Of a DNA stretch of 64,000 nucleotides, positions 13,960 through 24,760 are shown in pieces. The position numbers and the translations under genes were made by a program. Each line of letters starts with the position of its first letter. The first letter of the stretch is position 1. The stretch is taken from sequence record PZ445526.1. One strand, 5' to 3'. The notes beneath the pieces are model-generated. The model was given only the letters and a program-made list of their open reading frames with translations. It was not told the origin of the DNA and searched no databases. Origin of the DNA: a phage.

Positions 13960-14640
13960 TTATTTTAATGTTACGAAAGAAGAGTTGCGTGTTTCACGAA
14001 TTAAAACTGATCCGTCGCGGTTAATGTAATAAATTAAGCTAAATAAAGTTTGGTGTGCTGACGCATGTTCAAAACTAGTTGGGTGAGATTTCCAATCAGG
14101 AGTTTCAGCAATCCATTGATAAATCCACCAAGGAACAGTGCAGAATCCTGGATTTTTTCCAATCAGCTGAAGATTCGGACTAAAGTTTTCCGGAAGAGTA
14201 AATACAGACGGCTTTTCAGATTCAATAATCTCAGCTACAGCCTGTTCAAACTTTTCTTCAACAAAGGGAATATCTTCAATCAAAACATCGGTATTTTCAG
14301 GAATTTTATCCGTTTCTACTACTTCAATTTTAATGTCAGATTTAACCGGAGAATCAATCAGAAGTGCTGCTTCTGGATTGACTTCTTCATCGTCATATTT
14401 TAATCCCTCTGCGGCATCAGCAGCATCAATTAGGTCTTTAATAGATAACCCATCAGTCTCCGGCATAGGTTCACTAGCGAGCTTCTGGAGGGCTTCTTCA
14501 ATATCAACAACGATATTATCAAAAGATTTATTCTTTTTGACCTTTATACCAAACTGTTCAGCATATTCAGCTAATTTAGCTTTAGCTTCTTTATTATCAT
14601 CAAGAGCCTTCAGCTCTGCAATATAATCTTTATCTATCAT
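13960..14640 (-). CDS. inh: Inh-like acidic protein (inhibitor of prohead protease)
   Basis: 226-aa acidic ORF between hoc and uvsW, as in T4; identity by position and size only. Confidence 0.7.
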   Translation of the reverse strand: MIDKDYIAELKALDDNKEAKAKLAEYAEQFGIKVKKNKSFDNIVVDIEEALQKLASEPMPETDGLSIKDLIDAADAAEGLKYDDEEVNPEAALLIDSPVKSDIKIEVVETDKIPENTDVLIEDIPFVEEKFEQAVAEIIESEKPSVFTLPENFSPNLQLIGKNPGFCTVPWWIYQWIAETPDWKSHPTSFEHASAHQTLFSLIYYINRDGSVLIRETRNSSFVTLK

Positions 14641-14653
14641 AATATTTCCTCAG

Positions 14654-14661
14654 TATAAATA
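14654..14661 (+). promoter_or_regulatory. Late promoter TATAAATA upstream of uvsW
   Basis: Exact motif about 30 nt before the uvsW ATG in the inh/uvsW divergent gap. Confidence 0.65.
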
Positions 14662-14690
14662 TAGATATATTTATTACATGGTATTTAGAC

Positions 14691-16202
14691 ATGACTGACA
14701 TTAAAGTACATTTTTATGATTTTAGTCACGTGAGAATTGATTGTGAAGAAAGTACATTTCATGAACTCCGTGATTTCTTTAGCTTTGAAGCTGATGGGTA
14801 TCGTTTTAATCCGAAATACAAATATGGCCACTGGGATGGACGAATCCGTCTTTTAGATTATAATCGTCTTCTTCCATTCGGCTTAGTCGGGCAAATTAAA
14901 AAGTTCTGTGATAATTTTGGCTATAAAGCCTGGATTGACCCACAAATTAACGAAAAAGAAGAATTATCAAGAAAAGATTTTGATGAATGGCTTTCTAAAT
15001 TAGAAATCTATTCAGGAAATAAAAGAATTGAACCACACTGGTATCAAAAAGATGCAGTGTTCGAAGGATTAGTTAATCGTCGTAGAATTCTTAATCTTCC
15101 AACATCCGCTGGTAAATCTTTAATTCAAGCTTTGCTTGCGCGGTATTATTTGGAAAATTATGAAGGTAAAATTCTTATCATTGTTCCAACAACTGCTCTG
15201 ACAACTCAGATGGCTGATGACTTCGTTGACTATCGTTTATTCAGTCATGCAATGATAAAGAAAATTGGTGGCGGAGCATCAAAAGATGATAAATATAAAA
15301 ATGATGCACCAGTCGTTGTTGGTACATGGCAAACTGTAGTTAAACAACCGAAAGAATGGTTCTCACAGTTTGGAATGATGATGAATGATGAATGCCATCT
15401 TGCTACAGGAAAAAGTATTTCATCTATCATATCAGGTTTAAATAACTGCATGTTTAAATTTGGTCTATCAGGTTCATTACGTGATGGCAAAGCCAATATC
15501 ATGCAGTATGTTGGAATGTTTGGTGAAATATTTAAGCCAGTAACGACTTCTAAATTAATGGAAGATGGACAAGTAACTGAGCTAAAAATTAATAGTATTT
15601 TTCTTCGCTATCCCGATGAGTTCACTACTAAATTAAAGGGAAAAACTTATCAAGAAGAAATAAAAATTATTACTGGGCTCAGTAAAAGAAATAAATGGAT
15701 CGCTAAATTAGCTATTAAGCTTGCGCAAAAAGATGAAAACGCTTTTGTCATGTTTAAACATGTATCGCATGGTAAAGCTATTTTCGATTTAATTAAAAAT
15801 GAATACGATAAAGTTTATTACGTATCAGGGGAAGTTGATACCGAAACCCGCAATATAATGAAAACCTTAGCTGAAAATGGTAAAGGAATAATTATAGTAG
15901 CTAGTTATGGTGTATTTTCTACTGGTATTTCAGTTAAAAATCTGCATCACGTTGTTTTAGCGCACGGTGTTAAATCAAAAATCATTGTATTACAAACAAT
16001 CGGTCGTGTATTACGTAAGCATGGTTCTAAGACAATAGCAACCGTCTGGGACCTCATAGATGATTGTGGTGTTAAGCCAAAATCTGCTAATACGAAAAAG
16101 AAATATGTTCATTTGAACTATCTTTTAAAACACGGCATTGATCGTATTCAGCGCTACGCAGATGAAAAATTTAATTACGTAATGAAAACAGTTAATTTAT
16201 AA
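14691..16202 (+). CDS. uvsW: UvsW SF2 DNA helicase
   Basis: 503-aa ORF with Walker A PTSAGKS and DECH box; late promoter TATAAATA about 30 nt upstream. Confidence 0.92.
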   Translation: MTDIKVHFYDFSHVRIDCEESTFHELRDFFSFEADGYRFNPKYKYGHWDGRIRLLDYNRLLPFGLVGQIKKFCDNFGYKAWIDPQINEKEELSRKDFDEWLSKLEIYSGNKRIEPHWYQKDAVFEGLVNRRRILNLPTSAGKSLIQALLARYYLENYEGKILIIVPTTALTTQMADDFVDYRLFSHAMIKKIGGGASKDDKYKNDAPVVVGTWQTVVKQPKEWFSQFGMMMNDECHLATGKSISSIISGLNNCMFKFGLSGSLRDGKANIMQYVGMFGEIFKPVTTSKLMEDGQVTELKINSIFLRYPDEFTTKLKGKTYQEEIKIITGLSKRNKWIAKLAIKLAQKDENAFVMFKHVSHGKAIFDLIKNEYDKVYYVSGEVDTETRNIMKTLAENGKGIIIVASYGVFSTGISVKNLHHVVLAHGVKSKIIVLQTIGRVLRKHGSKTIATVWDLIDDCGVKPKSANTKKKYVHLNYLLKHGIDRIQRYADEKFNYVMKTVNL

Positions 16203-16216
16203 GGGCTTCGGCCCTT
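16201..16216 (+). terminator. Stem-loop between uvsW and uvsW.1
   Basis: AAGGGC-TTCG-GCCCTT overlapping the uvsW stop, followed by GGAG SD. Confidence 0.45.
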
Positions 16217-16227
16217 TGGAGAAAAAG

Positions 16228-16458
16228 ATGTTACTAGAATTTAAACAATTTCTTTATGAAGCTTCTATTGATGAATTTATGGGTAAAATTGCCTCTTGTC
16301 AAACATTAGAAGGTTTAGAAGAACTTGAAGCTTATTATAAGAAAAGAGTTAAAGAAACTGAATTAAAAGATACTGATGACATCTCTGTGAGAGATGCTTT
16401 GGCAGGAAAAAGAGCTGAATTAGAAGATTCAGACGATGAAGTAGAAGAAAGCTTTTAA
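16228..16458 (+). CDS. uvsW.1: UvsW.1 small acidic protein
   Basis: Track ORF begins at TTG 16216; first ATG at 16228 preceded by GGAG; 76 aa; separated from uvsW by a GC hairpin. Confidence 0.8.
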   Translation: MLLEFKQFLYEASIDEFMGKIASCQTLEGLEELEAYYKKRVKETELKDTDDISVRDALAGKRAELEDSDDEVEESF

Positions 16459-16513
16459 ATTAAAAAAGGCCCAACCAAAAAGGAAGGGCCAAAACTATAG
16501 ACTAAAGGTCACA

Positions 16514-16681
16514 CTATAGCAAAAGTTGTGTTTCATTTAATTGTTCTTCCGAACTTTCTGAAACTGGTAGTTCTTTAATGTAATTATAGCAAGGCCCAGG
16601 ATGTACAGGACCTTTGTCTGTTTCAACAACCAATGCAGAATCGATTGGAGTTTTACAGACAACACAAATCTTATCTGACAT
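16514..16681 (-). CDS. Small Cys-containing protein (uvsY.-2-like), 55 aa
   Basis: Not in the >=60 aa track; hand-translated ATG...TAG ORF MSDKICVVCKTPIDSALVVETDKGPVHPGPCYNY... with GAGGAG SD 7 nt upstream. Confidence 0.65.
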   Translation of the reverse strand: MSDKICVVCKTPIDSALVVETDKGPVHPGPCYNYIKELPVSESSEEQLNETQLLL

Positions 16682-16709
16682 GATTGTCTCCTCTGAATTA
16701 TATATCTAT

Positions 16710-16934
16710 TTATACAACTCTCATATGCATATCAATGCCCATATCTTTAGAATAAAAATATTCATCAAGATATCCGGCAAATTTTCCTTTAATATAAAGG
16801 ACATCTTCACCACACGGGTGGTCGGCCAGGATACGAATATCCTGACGCTTAAGATTATGCTTTTTCATTAAGAATTGAATCTCAGTTTCAAATTCTTCTT
16901 CATAATTAAAAGCATCATCAATGCTATATCTCAT
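16710..16934 (-). CDS. Hypothetical protein (uvsY.-1 by position)
   Basis: 74-aa ORF whose ATG overlaps the uvsY stop by 1 nt. Confidence 0.7.
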   Translation of the reverse strand: MRYSIDDAFNYEEEFETEIQFLMKKHNLKRQDIRILADHPCGEDVLYIKGKFAGYLDEYFYSKDMGIDMHMRVV

Positions 16935-17347
16935 TATTTTCCAGCCTCAAATGCTCGCATGTCTTGAATATGCTTAATAGCAAATCCACGTGATTTAATA
17001 GCATCAAGAGCTCCGCTACAGAAATCTAATAAAATCCCCCAATACTGTAACGAGGTATCAACCTTTAAAACATCCTTATCAGCTGATAGAACTGTTTTCA
17101 TTTCTGATTTCTCGTAACGATCCATACTAAATTCATCACCATCTCCTCGTCCCGAGTAGTAGTCTAATTTAGCTTTAAGAGCAACTTTTTTCTGTGCATC
17201 AATTCTAAGCATTTCCTTTTTAATACTTGAATGCTTATTAAGCCATTTACTATATAACATCACATTATTAGCTGCTTCATACTGTAATTTAGTCGAATCT
17301 ATAAACACATCTTTCTTCAATTCTTCTTGAAGATCTTCTAATCTCAT
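16934..17347 (-). CDS. uvsY: UvsY recombination mediator
   Basis: 137-aa ORF, T4 UvsY size and position; MotA-box middle promoter upstream. Confidence 0.9.
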   Translation of the reverse strand: MRLEDLQEELKKDVFIDSTKLQYEAANNVMLYSKWLNKHSSIKKEMLRIDAQKKVALKAKLDYYSGRGDGDEFSMDRYEKSEMKTVLSADKDVLKVDTSLQYWGILLDFCSGALDAIKSRGFAIKHIQDMRAFEAGK

Positions 17348-17387
17348 ATTGTTCTCTATTCAATTGTTATTGGATGGACTTAGATTC

Positions 17388-17413
17388 ATTATACCACGTT
17401 TATACGTGAAGCA
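17388..17413 (-). promoter_or_regulatory. MotA-dependent middle promoter upstream of uvsY
   Basis: On the minus strand TAATGCTTCA (MotA box) abuts the gp25 stop, followed 13 nt later by TGGTATAAT (extended -10). Confidence 0.6.
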
Positions 17414-17812
17414 TTATACTCTATTACTGGAAGCCAGTTGCAGTTTTATCTGCTCAATATCATCAGGGTTATCGATGACAGAAAAGCGTATTTCTACTAT
17501 CAGAGTATAATCATCATAAACGGGTATCACATTAACTGCTAATTTATCAATACGTGGCTCATAGTTTCTTACTGCGCTTTCGATATTGCGCTCAACTGTG
17601 TCAGCAGTAAGAGGAGTCATATTTTCAAAAAGCTGGTCTGATAAATCACATCCAAATTCAGGGTCAAACGGTCTTGAACCTTTTCTTGTTGTAATAATTC
17701 CCAAAAGACTGTTTTTAATTGACCTTAATCCAAGTGATCTGGAAACGTCTTTGTTCCAATCCATTTTCATTTCCGGGTCAATGTCAGAATAAAGCTTATT
17801 AATATTTGACAT
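17414..17812 (-). CDS. 25: Baseplate wedge protein gp25
   Basis: 132-aa ORF, T4 gp25 size; start overlaps gp26 stop. Confidence 0.9.
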   Translation of the reverse strand: MSNINKLYSDIDPEMKMDWNKDVSRSLGLRSIKNSLLGIITTRKGSRPFDPEFGCDLSDQLFENMTPLTADTVERNIESAVRNYEPRIDKLAVNVIPVYDDYTLIVEIRFSVIDNPDDIEQIKLQLASSNRV

Positions 17813-18438
17813 TATAGTAACTCAAAGAACTCTTTGAGGCCTCTTATTACGTGAGCATGGGTTTTTCCACACTCTGGACACTTAATTGGAACAGCCAAAT
17901 AAACAGTAGGCTTTAAAAGCATATCTTTTATAGCTACAATATCTGACTCTGTGATGATAGAATATAAATCTTCCAGTTCTTTTTCATTTAAGTCTTCAAC
18001 TGGAATGCTTTCCCCGTTAGCGTGAATCGTTTCTATGCATGATACTATCATGTGGGCTATATTTTTATCATCAAAAATTTTAGGGTATCGGAATTTAATT
18101 TTAATGTCACCCAGTGTATACCAGAGGTCTTCTGGTGCATCTATTTGTGTATGTAATAGATTTATATGGGTTGGTATTTCAGTTCCACAGGTGCACTTCC
18201 AGGAGTTTTCGTGATTAACTTCGCCGAGAGAATGTGCCCATAAATGAATCAACAATAGTTCTGATTCTTGGCGGTTTAAATCTTTTGCATTTGTGCAGTC
18301 TTTGATTAGCTTTTTAACAATTACTTCTACGGAACCATTATTTTTGGCAGTAATAAGTTCTAGATATTCTTTAAGCGTGAATGCGCGACAATTGATTATT
18401 TTAGAACCAACTCTCACATCAAATTTGTATTCATACAT
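17812..18438 (-). CDS. 26: Baseplate hub protein gp26
   Basis: 208-aa ORF, T4 gp26 size; divergent from gene 51 with shared late promoter region. Confidence 0.88.
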   Translation of the reverse strand: MYEYKFDVRVGSKIINCRAFTLKEYLELITAKNNGSVEVIVKKLIKDCTNAKDLNRQESELLLIHLWAHSLGEVNHENSWKCTCGTEIPTHINLLHTQIDAPEDLWYTLGDIKIKFRYPKIFDDKNIAHMIVSCIETIHANGESIPVEDLNEKELEDLYSIITESDIVAIKDMLLKPTVYLAVPIKCPECGKTHAHVIRGLKEFFELL

Positions 18439-18459
18439 ATTTAGCTCCTTTATTTATCA

Positions 18460-18467
18460 TATTTATA
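18460..18467 (-). promoter_or_regulatory. Late promoter (minus strand) for gene 26
   Basis: Plus-strand TATTTATA is the reverse complement of TATAAATA, about 22 nt from the gp26 ATG. Confidence 0.6.
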
Positions 18468-18471
18468 AATA
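18464..18471 (+). promoter_or_regulatory. Late promoter TATAAATA for gene 51
   Basis: Exact motif 18 nt before gp51 ATG; overlaps the gp26 promoter in palindrome TATTTATAAATA. Confidence 0.65.
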
Positions 18472-18488
18472 GAATAAAAGGAGCATCT

Positions 18489-19238
18489 ATGGCAAACATT
18501 ATTCGTTGTAAATTACCAGATGGTGTTCATCGTTTTAAACCATTTACGGTAGAAGATTATCGAGATTTTTTGTTAGTTCGAAACGATATAGAACATCGGT
18601 CACCACAAGAACAAAAAGAAATAATTACTGATTTAATTGATGATTATTTTGGAGACTATCCGAAGACTTGGCAACCATTTGTATTTTTGCAGGTATTTGT
18701 AGGGTCAATAGGTAAAACTAAAGTACCAGTCACATTTGTATGTCCAAAATGTAAAAAAGAAAAGACAGTTCCATTTGAAATATATCAAAAAGAATTAAAG
18801 GAACCTGTTTTTGATGTAGCTAATGTTAAAATTAAATTAAAGTTTCCTTCTGAGTTTTATGAAAATAAAGCAAAGATGATTACTGAAAATATTCATTCTG
18901 TTCAAGTAGATGAAATATGGTATGATTGGAAGGAAATTAGCGAGTCTAGTCAAATAGAACTCGTTGACGCCATCGAGATAGAAACATTAGAACAAATTCT
19001 CGATGCAATGAATCCTATTAATTTAACTCTACATATGTCATGCTGTAATAAGTACATTAAAAAATACACTGATATAGTAGACGTGTTTAAGCTATTAGTT
19101 AACCCAGATGAGATATTTACTTTTTATCAAATTAATCACACACTAGTAAAAAGTAATTATAGCTTAAATTCAATAATGAAAATGATTCCTGCTGAGCGCG
19201 GATTCGTATTAAAACTGATTGAGAAGGATAAACAATAA
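18489..19238 (+). CDS. 51: Baseplate hub assembly protein gp51
   Basis: 249-aa ORF, T4 gp51 size and position; TATAAATA about 18 nt upstream. Confidence 0.88.
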   Translation: MANIIRCKLPDGVHRFKPFTVEDYRDFLLVRNDIEHRSPQEQKEIITDLIDDYFGDYPKTWQPFVFLQVFVGSIGKTKVPVTFVCPKCKKEKTVPFEIYQKELKEPVFDVANVKIKLKFPSEFYENKAKMITENIHSVQVDEIWYDWKEISESSQIELVDAIEIETLEQILDAMNPINLTLHMSCCNKYIKKYTDIVDVFKLLVNPDEIFTFYQINHTLVKSNYSLNSIMKMIPAERGFVLKLIEKDKQ

Positions 19239-20413
19239 TGAGTATGTTGCAACGCCCCGGATATCCAAATCTCAGCGTTAAATTATTTGATAGCTATGAC
19301 GCTTGGAGTAATAATAGATTTGTTGAATTAGCTGCTACTATTACTACATTAACTATGCGGGATTCTCTTTATGGCCGAAATGAAGGAATGCTGCAGTTTT
19401 ATGATTCTAAAAACATCCATACAAAAATGGATGGAAATGAAATAATTCAGATTTCTGTAGCTAATGCAAATGATATTAATAATGTTAAAACACGAATTTA
19501 TGGATGTAAGCATTTTTCCGTGTCAGTAGATTCAAAAGGTGATAACATCATTGCTATTGAATTGGGAACTATTCATTCTATAGAAAATCTTAAATTTGGT
19601 AGACCATTTTTCCCTGATGCAGGTGAATCTATAAAAGAAATGCTTGGTGTCATTTATCAGGATCGCACATTATTAACTCCAGCAATAAATGCTATAAATG
19701 CTTATGTTCCTGATATTCCATGGACTAGCACATTTGAAAACTATTTGTCATATGTAAGAGAAGTTGCTCTAGCTGTAGGAAGCGACAAATTTGTATTTGT
19801 ATGGCAAGACATCATGGGAGTTAACATGATGGACTATGATATGATGATAAATCAAGAACCATATCCAATGATTGTCGGTGAGCCATCTTTAATAGGTCAA
19901 TTTGTCCAAGAATTAAAATATCCATTAGCATATGATTTCGTTTGGTTGACTAAATCGAATCCTCACAAACGTGACCCAATGAAAAATGCTACTATCTATG
20001 CTCATTCATTTTTAGATTCTTCACTGCCAATGATTACTACAGGAAAGGGTGAAAACTCTATTGTAGTGTCAAGGTCAGGTGCTTATTCTGAAATGACTTA
20101 TAGGAATGGATATGAAGAAGCTATTCGTCTTCAAACTATGGCACAATATGACGGTTATGCTAAATGTTCTACTGTCGGTAATTTTAACTTGACTCCTGGT
20201 GTTAAAATTATTTTTAATGATAGTAAAAACCAATTTAAAACAGAATTTTACGTTGATGAAGTTATCCATGAATTATCCAATAATAATTCAGTAACTCATC
20301 TATATATGTTCACTAATGCAACGAAACTGGAAACAATAGACCCAGTTAAGGTTAAAAATGAATTTAAATCTGATACTACCACTGAAGAAAGTAGTTCTTC
20401 CAATAAGCAATAA
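19238..20413 (+). CDS. 27: Baseplate hub protein gp27
   Basis: 391-aa ORF, T4 gp27 size; TAATG coupling to gene 51. Confidence 0.92.
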   Translation: MSMLQRPGYPNLSVKLFDSYDAWSNNRFVELAATITTLTMRDSLYGRNEGMLQFYDSKNIHTKMDGNEIIQISVANANDINNVKTRIYGCKHFSVSVDSKGDNIIAIELGTIHSIENLKFGRPFFPDAGESIKEMLGVIYQDRTLLTPAINAINAYVPDIPWTSTFENYLSYVREVALAVGSDKFVFVWQDIMGVNMMDYDMMINQEPYPMIVGEPSLIGQFVQELKYPLAYDFVWLTKSNPHKRDPMKNATIYAHSFLDSSLPMITTGKGENSIVVSRSGAYSEMTYRNGYEEAIRLQTMAQYDGYAKCSTVGNFNLTPGVKIIFNDSKNQFKTEFYVDEVIHELSNNNSVTHLYMFTNATKLETIDPVKVKNEFKSDTTTEESSSSNKQ

Positions 20414-20891
20414 AGAAGTTTCTATTCCTAAAATGGGTCTTAAACATTATAACATTTTAAAAGATGTTAAAGGCCCTGATGAAAATTTAAAACTTCTTAT
20501 TGATTCTATTTGTCCGAATTTGTCACCAGCAGAAGTTGATTTCGTTTCTATTCATTTATTGGAATTTAATGGAAAGATTAAATCTCGTAAAGAAATAGAT
20601 GGCTATACTTATGACATTAATGATGTCTATGTATGCCAAAGATTAGAATTTCAATACCAAGGAAATACATTTTATTTTAGACCTCCTGGAAAATTTGAAC
20701 AATTTTTAACGGTGAGCGATATGTTATCTAAATGCTTGCTTAAGGTCAACGATGAAGTTAAAGAAATTAATTTTCTTGAGATGCCAGCATTCGTTTTAAA
20801 ATGGGCAAATGATATTTTTACAACTTTAGCAATTCCTGGCCCTAATGGTCCAATAACTGGAATTGGCAATATTATTGGATTATTTGAATGA
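20358..20891 (+). CDS. 28: Baseplate hub distal protein gp28
   Basis: 177-aa ORF with ATG start overlapping the gp27 3' end by 56 nt in another frame; T4 gp28 size. Confidence 0.85.
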   Translation: MNLNLILPLKKVVLPISNKEVSIPKMGLKHYNILKDVKGPDENLKLLIDSICPNLSPAEVDFVSIHLLEFNGKIKSRKEIDGYTYDINDVYVCQRLEFQYQGNTFYFRPPGKFEQFLTVSDMLSKCLLKVNDEVKEINFLEMPAFVLKWANDIFTTLAIPGPNGPITGIGNIIGLFE

Positions 20892-22660
20892 AAAAGCCAC
20901 AAGAAATGCAAACGATGCGTAGAAAAGTTATTTCAGATAATAAACCAACACAGGAAGCGGCTAAATCCGCTTCTAACACTTTATCTGGACTTAACGATAT
21001 ATCTACGAAATTGGATGATGCTCAAGCTGCTTCTGAATTAATTGCTCAAACTGTCGAAGAAAAATCGAATGAAATAATTGGAGCAATTGGTAACGTAGAA
21101 AGCGCAGTGAGTGATACTACTGCCGGTTCTGAGTTAATTGCTGAAACTGTCGAAATTGGCAATAATATTAATAAAGAAATCGGTGAATCACTCGGAAGTA
21201 AATTAGATAAATTAACAAGTTTACTAGAGCAAAAAATTCAGACAGCTGGAATTCAACAGACTGGGACTAGTTTAGCTACAGTTGAAAGCGCTATTCCTGT
21301 TAAAGTCGTTGAGGATGATACTGCTGAATCTGTGGGTCCTTTATTACCGACTCCTGAAGCAGTTAATAATGATCCTGACGCTGATTTTTTCCCTACCCCT
21401 CAGCCAGTTGAGCCAAAGCAAGAATCACCAGAAGAAAAACAGAAAAAAGAAGCATTTAACTTAAAATTATCTCAAGCTTTAGATAAATTAACAAAGACAG
21501 TTGATTTTGGATTTAAGAAATCCATTTCAATTAGTGATAAAATATCAAGCATGTTATTTAAGTACACCGTCAGTGCTGCTATTGAAGCTGCTAAAATGAC
21601 TGCAATGATATTGGCTGTTGTTGTTGGAATAGATCTGCTGATGGTTCACTTTAAATATTGGTCAGATAAATTTTCAAAAGCCTGGGATTTATTTAATACT
21701 GACTTTACTAAATTCTCTAGCGAAACCGGAACATGGGGTCCTTTATTACAGAGCATCTTTGATTCTATTGATAAAATTAAACAGCTTTGGGAAGCGGGAG
21801 ATTGGGGTGGATTGACAGTAGCTATTATAGAAGGGCTTGGAAAGGTTCTTTTTAATTTAGGAGAGCTTATTCAATTAGGTATGGCTAAATTATCTGCTGC
21901 AATTCTTCGAGTCATTCCTGGTATGAAGGATACCGCTGATGAAGTAGAAGGAAGAGCACTGGAAAATTTCCAAAATACTACAAATGCTTCTCTTAGCAAA
22001 GAAGATCAAGAAAAAGTTGCAAATTATCAATACAAAAGAATGAATGGAGACCTTGGTCCGATAGCAAAAGGGTTAGACAAAATTGCGAACTGGAAAACTC
22101 GCGCATCTAACTGGATTCGTGGTGTTGATAATAAAGAAGCACTAACAACTGATGAAGAGAGAGCAGAGGAAGAAGAAAAATTAAAGCAACTTTCTCCGGA
22201 GGAAGCTAAAATTGCTTTAATGAAAGCTAATGAAGCTCGTGCTGCTATGAATCGTTTTGAACAATATGCCGATTCAGCTGATATGAGTAAAGACTCAACG
22301 GTTAAATCAGTTGAAGCTGCCTATGAAGACCTTAAAAAACGGATGGATGACCCTGATTTAAATAATTCACCGGCAGTTAAAAAAGAACTTGCTGCTAGAT
22401 TTTCTAAAATTGATGCTACTTATCAAGAGCTCAAGAAAAATCAGCCTAATGCCAAACCTGAAACTTCTGCTAAATCACCAGAAGCGAAACAAGTCCAGGT
22501 GATTGAAAAGAACAAAGCACAGCAAGCTCCTGTTCAACAAGCATCTCCTTCGATCAATAATACTAATAATGTTATTAAGAAAAATACTGTCGTTCATAAT
22601 ATGACACCCGTAACGAGCACGACTGCTCCTGGTGTATTTGATGCGACTGGAGTTAATTAA
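20888..22660 (+). CDS. 29: Baseplate hub / tail length determinator gp29
   Basis: 590-aa ORF, ATGA overlap with gene 28; internal repeat ASELIAQTVE / GSELIAETVE; T4 gp29 size. Confidence 0.92.
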   Translation: MKKPQEMQTMRRKVISDNKPTQEAAKSASNTLSGLNDISTKLDDAQAASELIAQTVEEKSNEIIGAIGNVESAVSDTTAGSELIAETVEIGNNINKEIGESLGSKLDKLTSLLEQKIQTAGIQQTGTSLATVESAIPVKVVEDDTAESVGPLLPTPEAVNNDPDADFFPTPQPVEPKQESPEEKQKKEAFNLKLSQALDKLTKTVDFGFKKSISISDKISSMLFKYTVSAAIEAAKMTAMILAVVVGIDLLMVHFKYWSDKFSKAWDLFNTDFTKFSSETGTWGPLLQSIFDSIDKIKQLWEAGDWGGLTVAIIEGLGKVLFNLGELIQLGMAKLSAAILRVIPGMKDTADEVEGRALENFQNTTNASLSKEDQEKVANYQYKRMNGDLGPIAKGLDKIANWKTRASNWIRGVDNKEALTTDEERAEEEEKLKQLSPEEAKIALMKANEARAAMNRFEQYADSADMSKDSTVKSVEAAYEDLKKRMDDPDLNNSPAVKKELAARFSKIDATYQELKKNQPNAKPETSAKSPEAKQVQVIEKNKAQQAPVQQASPSINNTNNVIKKNTVVHNMTPVTSTTAPGVFDATGVN

Positions 22661-22668
22661 GGAATAAT

Positions 22669-23763
22669 ATGGCAATTGTTAAAGAAATAACTGCTGATTT
22701 AATTAAAAAGTCCGGTGAGAAAATTTCAGCCGGACAGAGTACTAAATCAGAAGTAGGAACTAAAACATACACTGCCCAGTTTCCAACTGGGCGTGCTAGT
22801 GGTAATGACACTACAGGGGACTTCCAGGTAACAGATCTATATAAGAATGGATTATTATTTACTGCATACAATATGTCATCTAGGGATTCTGGAAGTCTTA
22901 GATCGATGAGATCTAACTACTCTTCTTCATCTTCGAGTATTTTACGTACAGCTAGAAACACTATTAGTAGTACAGTATCAAAACTATCAAATGGATTAAT
23001 ATCAAATAATAATTCAGGAACAATAAGTAAATCTCCTATCGCAAACATTCTTTTACCGAGATCTAAATCTGATGTTGATACATCATCACATAGATTTAAT
23101 GATGTTCAAGAAAGCCTCATCAGTAGAGGCGGAGGTACTGCTACTGGTGTGCTAAGTAATATTGCTTCAACCGCAGTATTTGGGGCACTGGAAAGTATAA
23201 CACAAGGTATAATGGCTGATAATAATGAACAGATTTATACGACAGCCAGAAGTATGTATGGCGGTGCTGAAAATAGAACTAAAGTGTTTACATGGGATTT
23301 GACTCCACGTTCAACAGAAGATTTAATGGCTATTATTAATATCTATCAATATTTTAACTATTTTTCTTATGGTGAAACGGGTAAATCTCAATATGCTGCT
23401 GAAATAAAGGGGTATTTAGATGATTGGTATCGTTCTACATTAATTGAACCTTTATCTCCGGAAGACGCAGCTAAAAATAAAACACTATTTGAGAAAATGA
23501 CATCGAGTTTAACTAACGTTCTAGTGGTTTCAAACCCGACAATTTGGATGGTGAAAAACTTTGGTGCAACATCTAAGTTTGATGGAAAAACGGAAATATT
23601 TGGTCCATGTCAAATACAGAGCATTAGATTTGATAAAACACCTAATGGTAACTTTAATGGATTAGCTATTGCTCCAAACCTCCCTAGTACATTTACTCTC
23701 GAGATTACTATGAGAGAAATTATCACGTTAAACCGTGCTTCTTTATATGCGGGGACTTTTTAA
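22669..23763 (+). CDS. 48: Baseplate tail tube cap gp48
   Basis: 364-aa ORF, T4 gp48 size and position. Confidence 0.9.
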   Translation: MAIVKEITADLIKKSGEKISAGQSTKSEVGTKTYTAQFPTGRASGNDTTGDFQVTDLYKNGLLFTAYNMSSRDSGSLRSMRSNYSSSSSSILRTARNTISSTVSKLSNGLISNNNSGTISKSPIANILLPRSKSDVDTSSHRFNDVQESLISRGGGTATGVLSNIASTAVFGALESITQGIMADNNEQIYTTARSMYGGAENRTKVFTWDLTPRSTEDLMAIINIYQYFNYFSYGETGKSQYAAEIKGYLDDWYRSTLIEPLSPEDAAKNKTLFEKMTSSLTNVLVVSNPTIWMVKNFGATSKFDGKTEIFGPCQIQSIRFDKTPNGNFNGLAIAPNLPSTFTLEITMREIITLNRASLYAGTF

Positions 23764-24728
23764 TGTATTCTTTAGAGGAATTTAATAATCAAGCAATAAA
23801 CGCAGATTTCCAACGTAATAATATGTTTAGCTGCGTTTTTGCAACAACTCCATCAACTAAAAGCTCTTCGTTGATAAGTTCAATTAGCAACTTTTCTTAT
23901 AATAACTTGGGCCTAAATTCAGATTGGTTAGGATTAACTCAAGGTGATATTAATCAGGGAATTACCACGCTAATTACAGCTGGCACACAAAAACTGATAA
24001 GAAAATCAGGGGTTAGTAAATATCTTATTGGTGCCATGAGTCAACGTACAGTTCAAAGTTTATTAGGCTCATTTACAGTTGGTACATATTTAATTGACTT
24101 CTTTAACATGGCATATAACTCATCTGGATTGATGATATATTCTGTAAAAATGCCAGAGAATAGATTATCCTATGAAACTGACTGGAACTATAATTCTCCT
24201 AATATTCGTATAACTGGGAGAGAATTAGACCCTTTGGTTATTTCATTTAGAATGGACTCAGAAGCTTGTAACTATCGTGCAATGCAAGACTGGGTTAACT
24301 CCGTTCAAGACCCAGTAACTGGATTACGTGCTTTGCCACAAGATGTCGAGGCAGATATTCAGGTTAATCTTCATTCTCGTAATGGATTGCCTCATACTGC
24401 GGTGATGTTCACCGGATGCATTCCAATATCAGTGAGCGCTCCTGAGCTATCATATGATGGAGATAACCAAATAACTACATTTGATGTTACTTTTGCGTAT
24501 AGAGTCATGCAGGCTGGAGCAGTTGATAGACAAGCTGCGCTTGAATGGCTTGAATCTGCTGCTATAAATGGTATTCAAAGCGTTCTCGGAAATAGTGGAG
24601 GTGTTACTGGACTATCTAATTCGCTTTCACGACTTAGTAGACTAGGAGGAACCGCAGGAAGCATTTCAAACATTAATACTATGACAGGAATTGTCAATTC
24701 GCAAAGTAAAATATTAGGAGCAATATAA
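23763..24728 (+). CDS. 54: Baseplate tail tube initiator gp54
   Basis: 321-aa ORF coupled to gene 48 (TAATG); hairpin downstream. Confidence 0.9.
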   Translation: MYSLEEFNNQAINADFQRNNMFSCVFATTPSTKSSSLISSISNFSYNNLGLNSDWLGLTQGDINQGITTLITAGTQKLIRKSGVSKYLIGAMSQRTVQSLLGSFTVGTYLIDFFNMAYNSSGLMIYSVKMPENRLSYETDWNYNSPNIRITGRELDPLVISFRMDSEACNYRAMQDWVNSVQDPVTGLRALPQDVEADIQVNLHSRNGLPHTAVMFTGCIPISVSAPELSYDGDNQITTFDVTFAYRVMQAGAVDRQAALEWLESAAINGIQSVLGNSGGVTGLSNSLSRLSRLGGTAGSISNINTMTGIVNSQSKILGAI

Positions 24729-24730
24729 CA

Positions 24731-24760
24731 ATGGGGACCTTTCGGTCCCCATATTTTTAT
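24731..24760. terminator. Bidirectional terminator after gene 54
   Basis: ATGGGGACC-TTTC-GGTCCCCAT followed by ATTTTTATTT. Confidence 0.7.

Noticed and set aside
14065-14626. Two plus-strand ORFs (112 and 97 aa) inside inh
   Set aside because: Antisense to a well-supported minus-strand gene, low-complexity sequence, no promoter or SD; typical AT-rich shadow ORFs.
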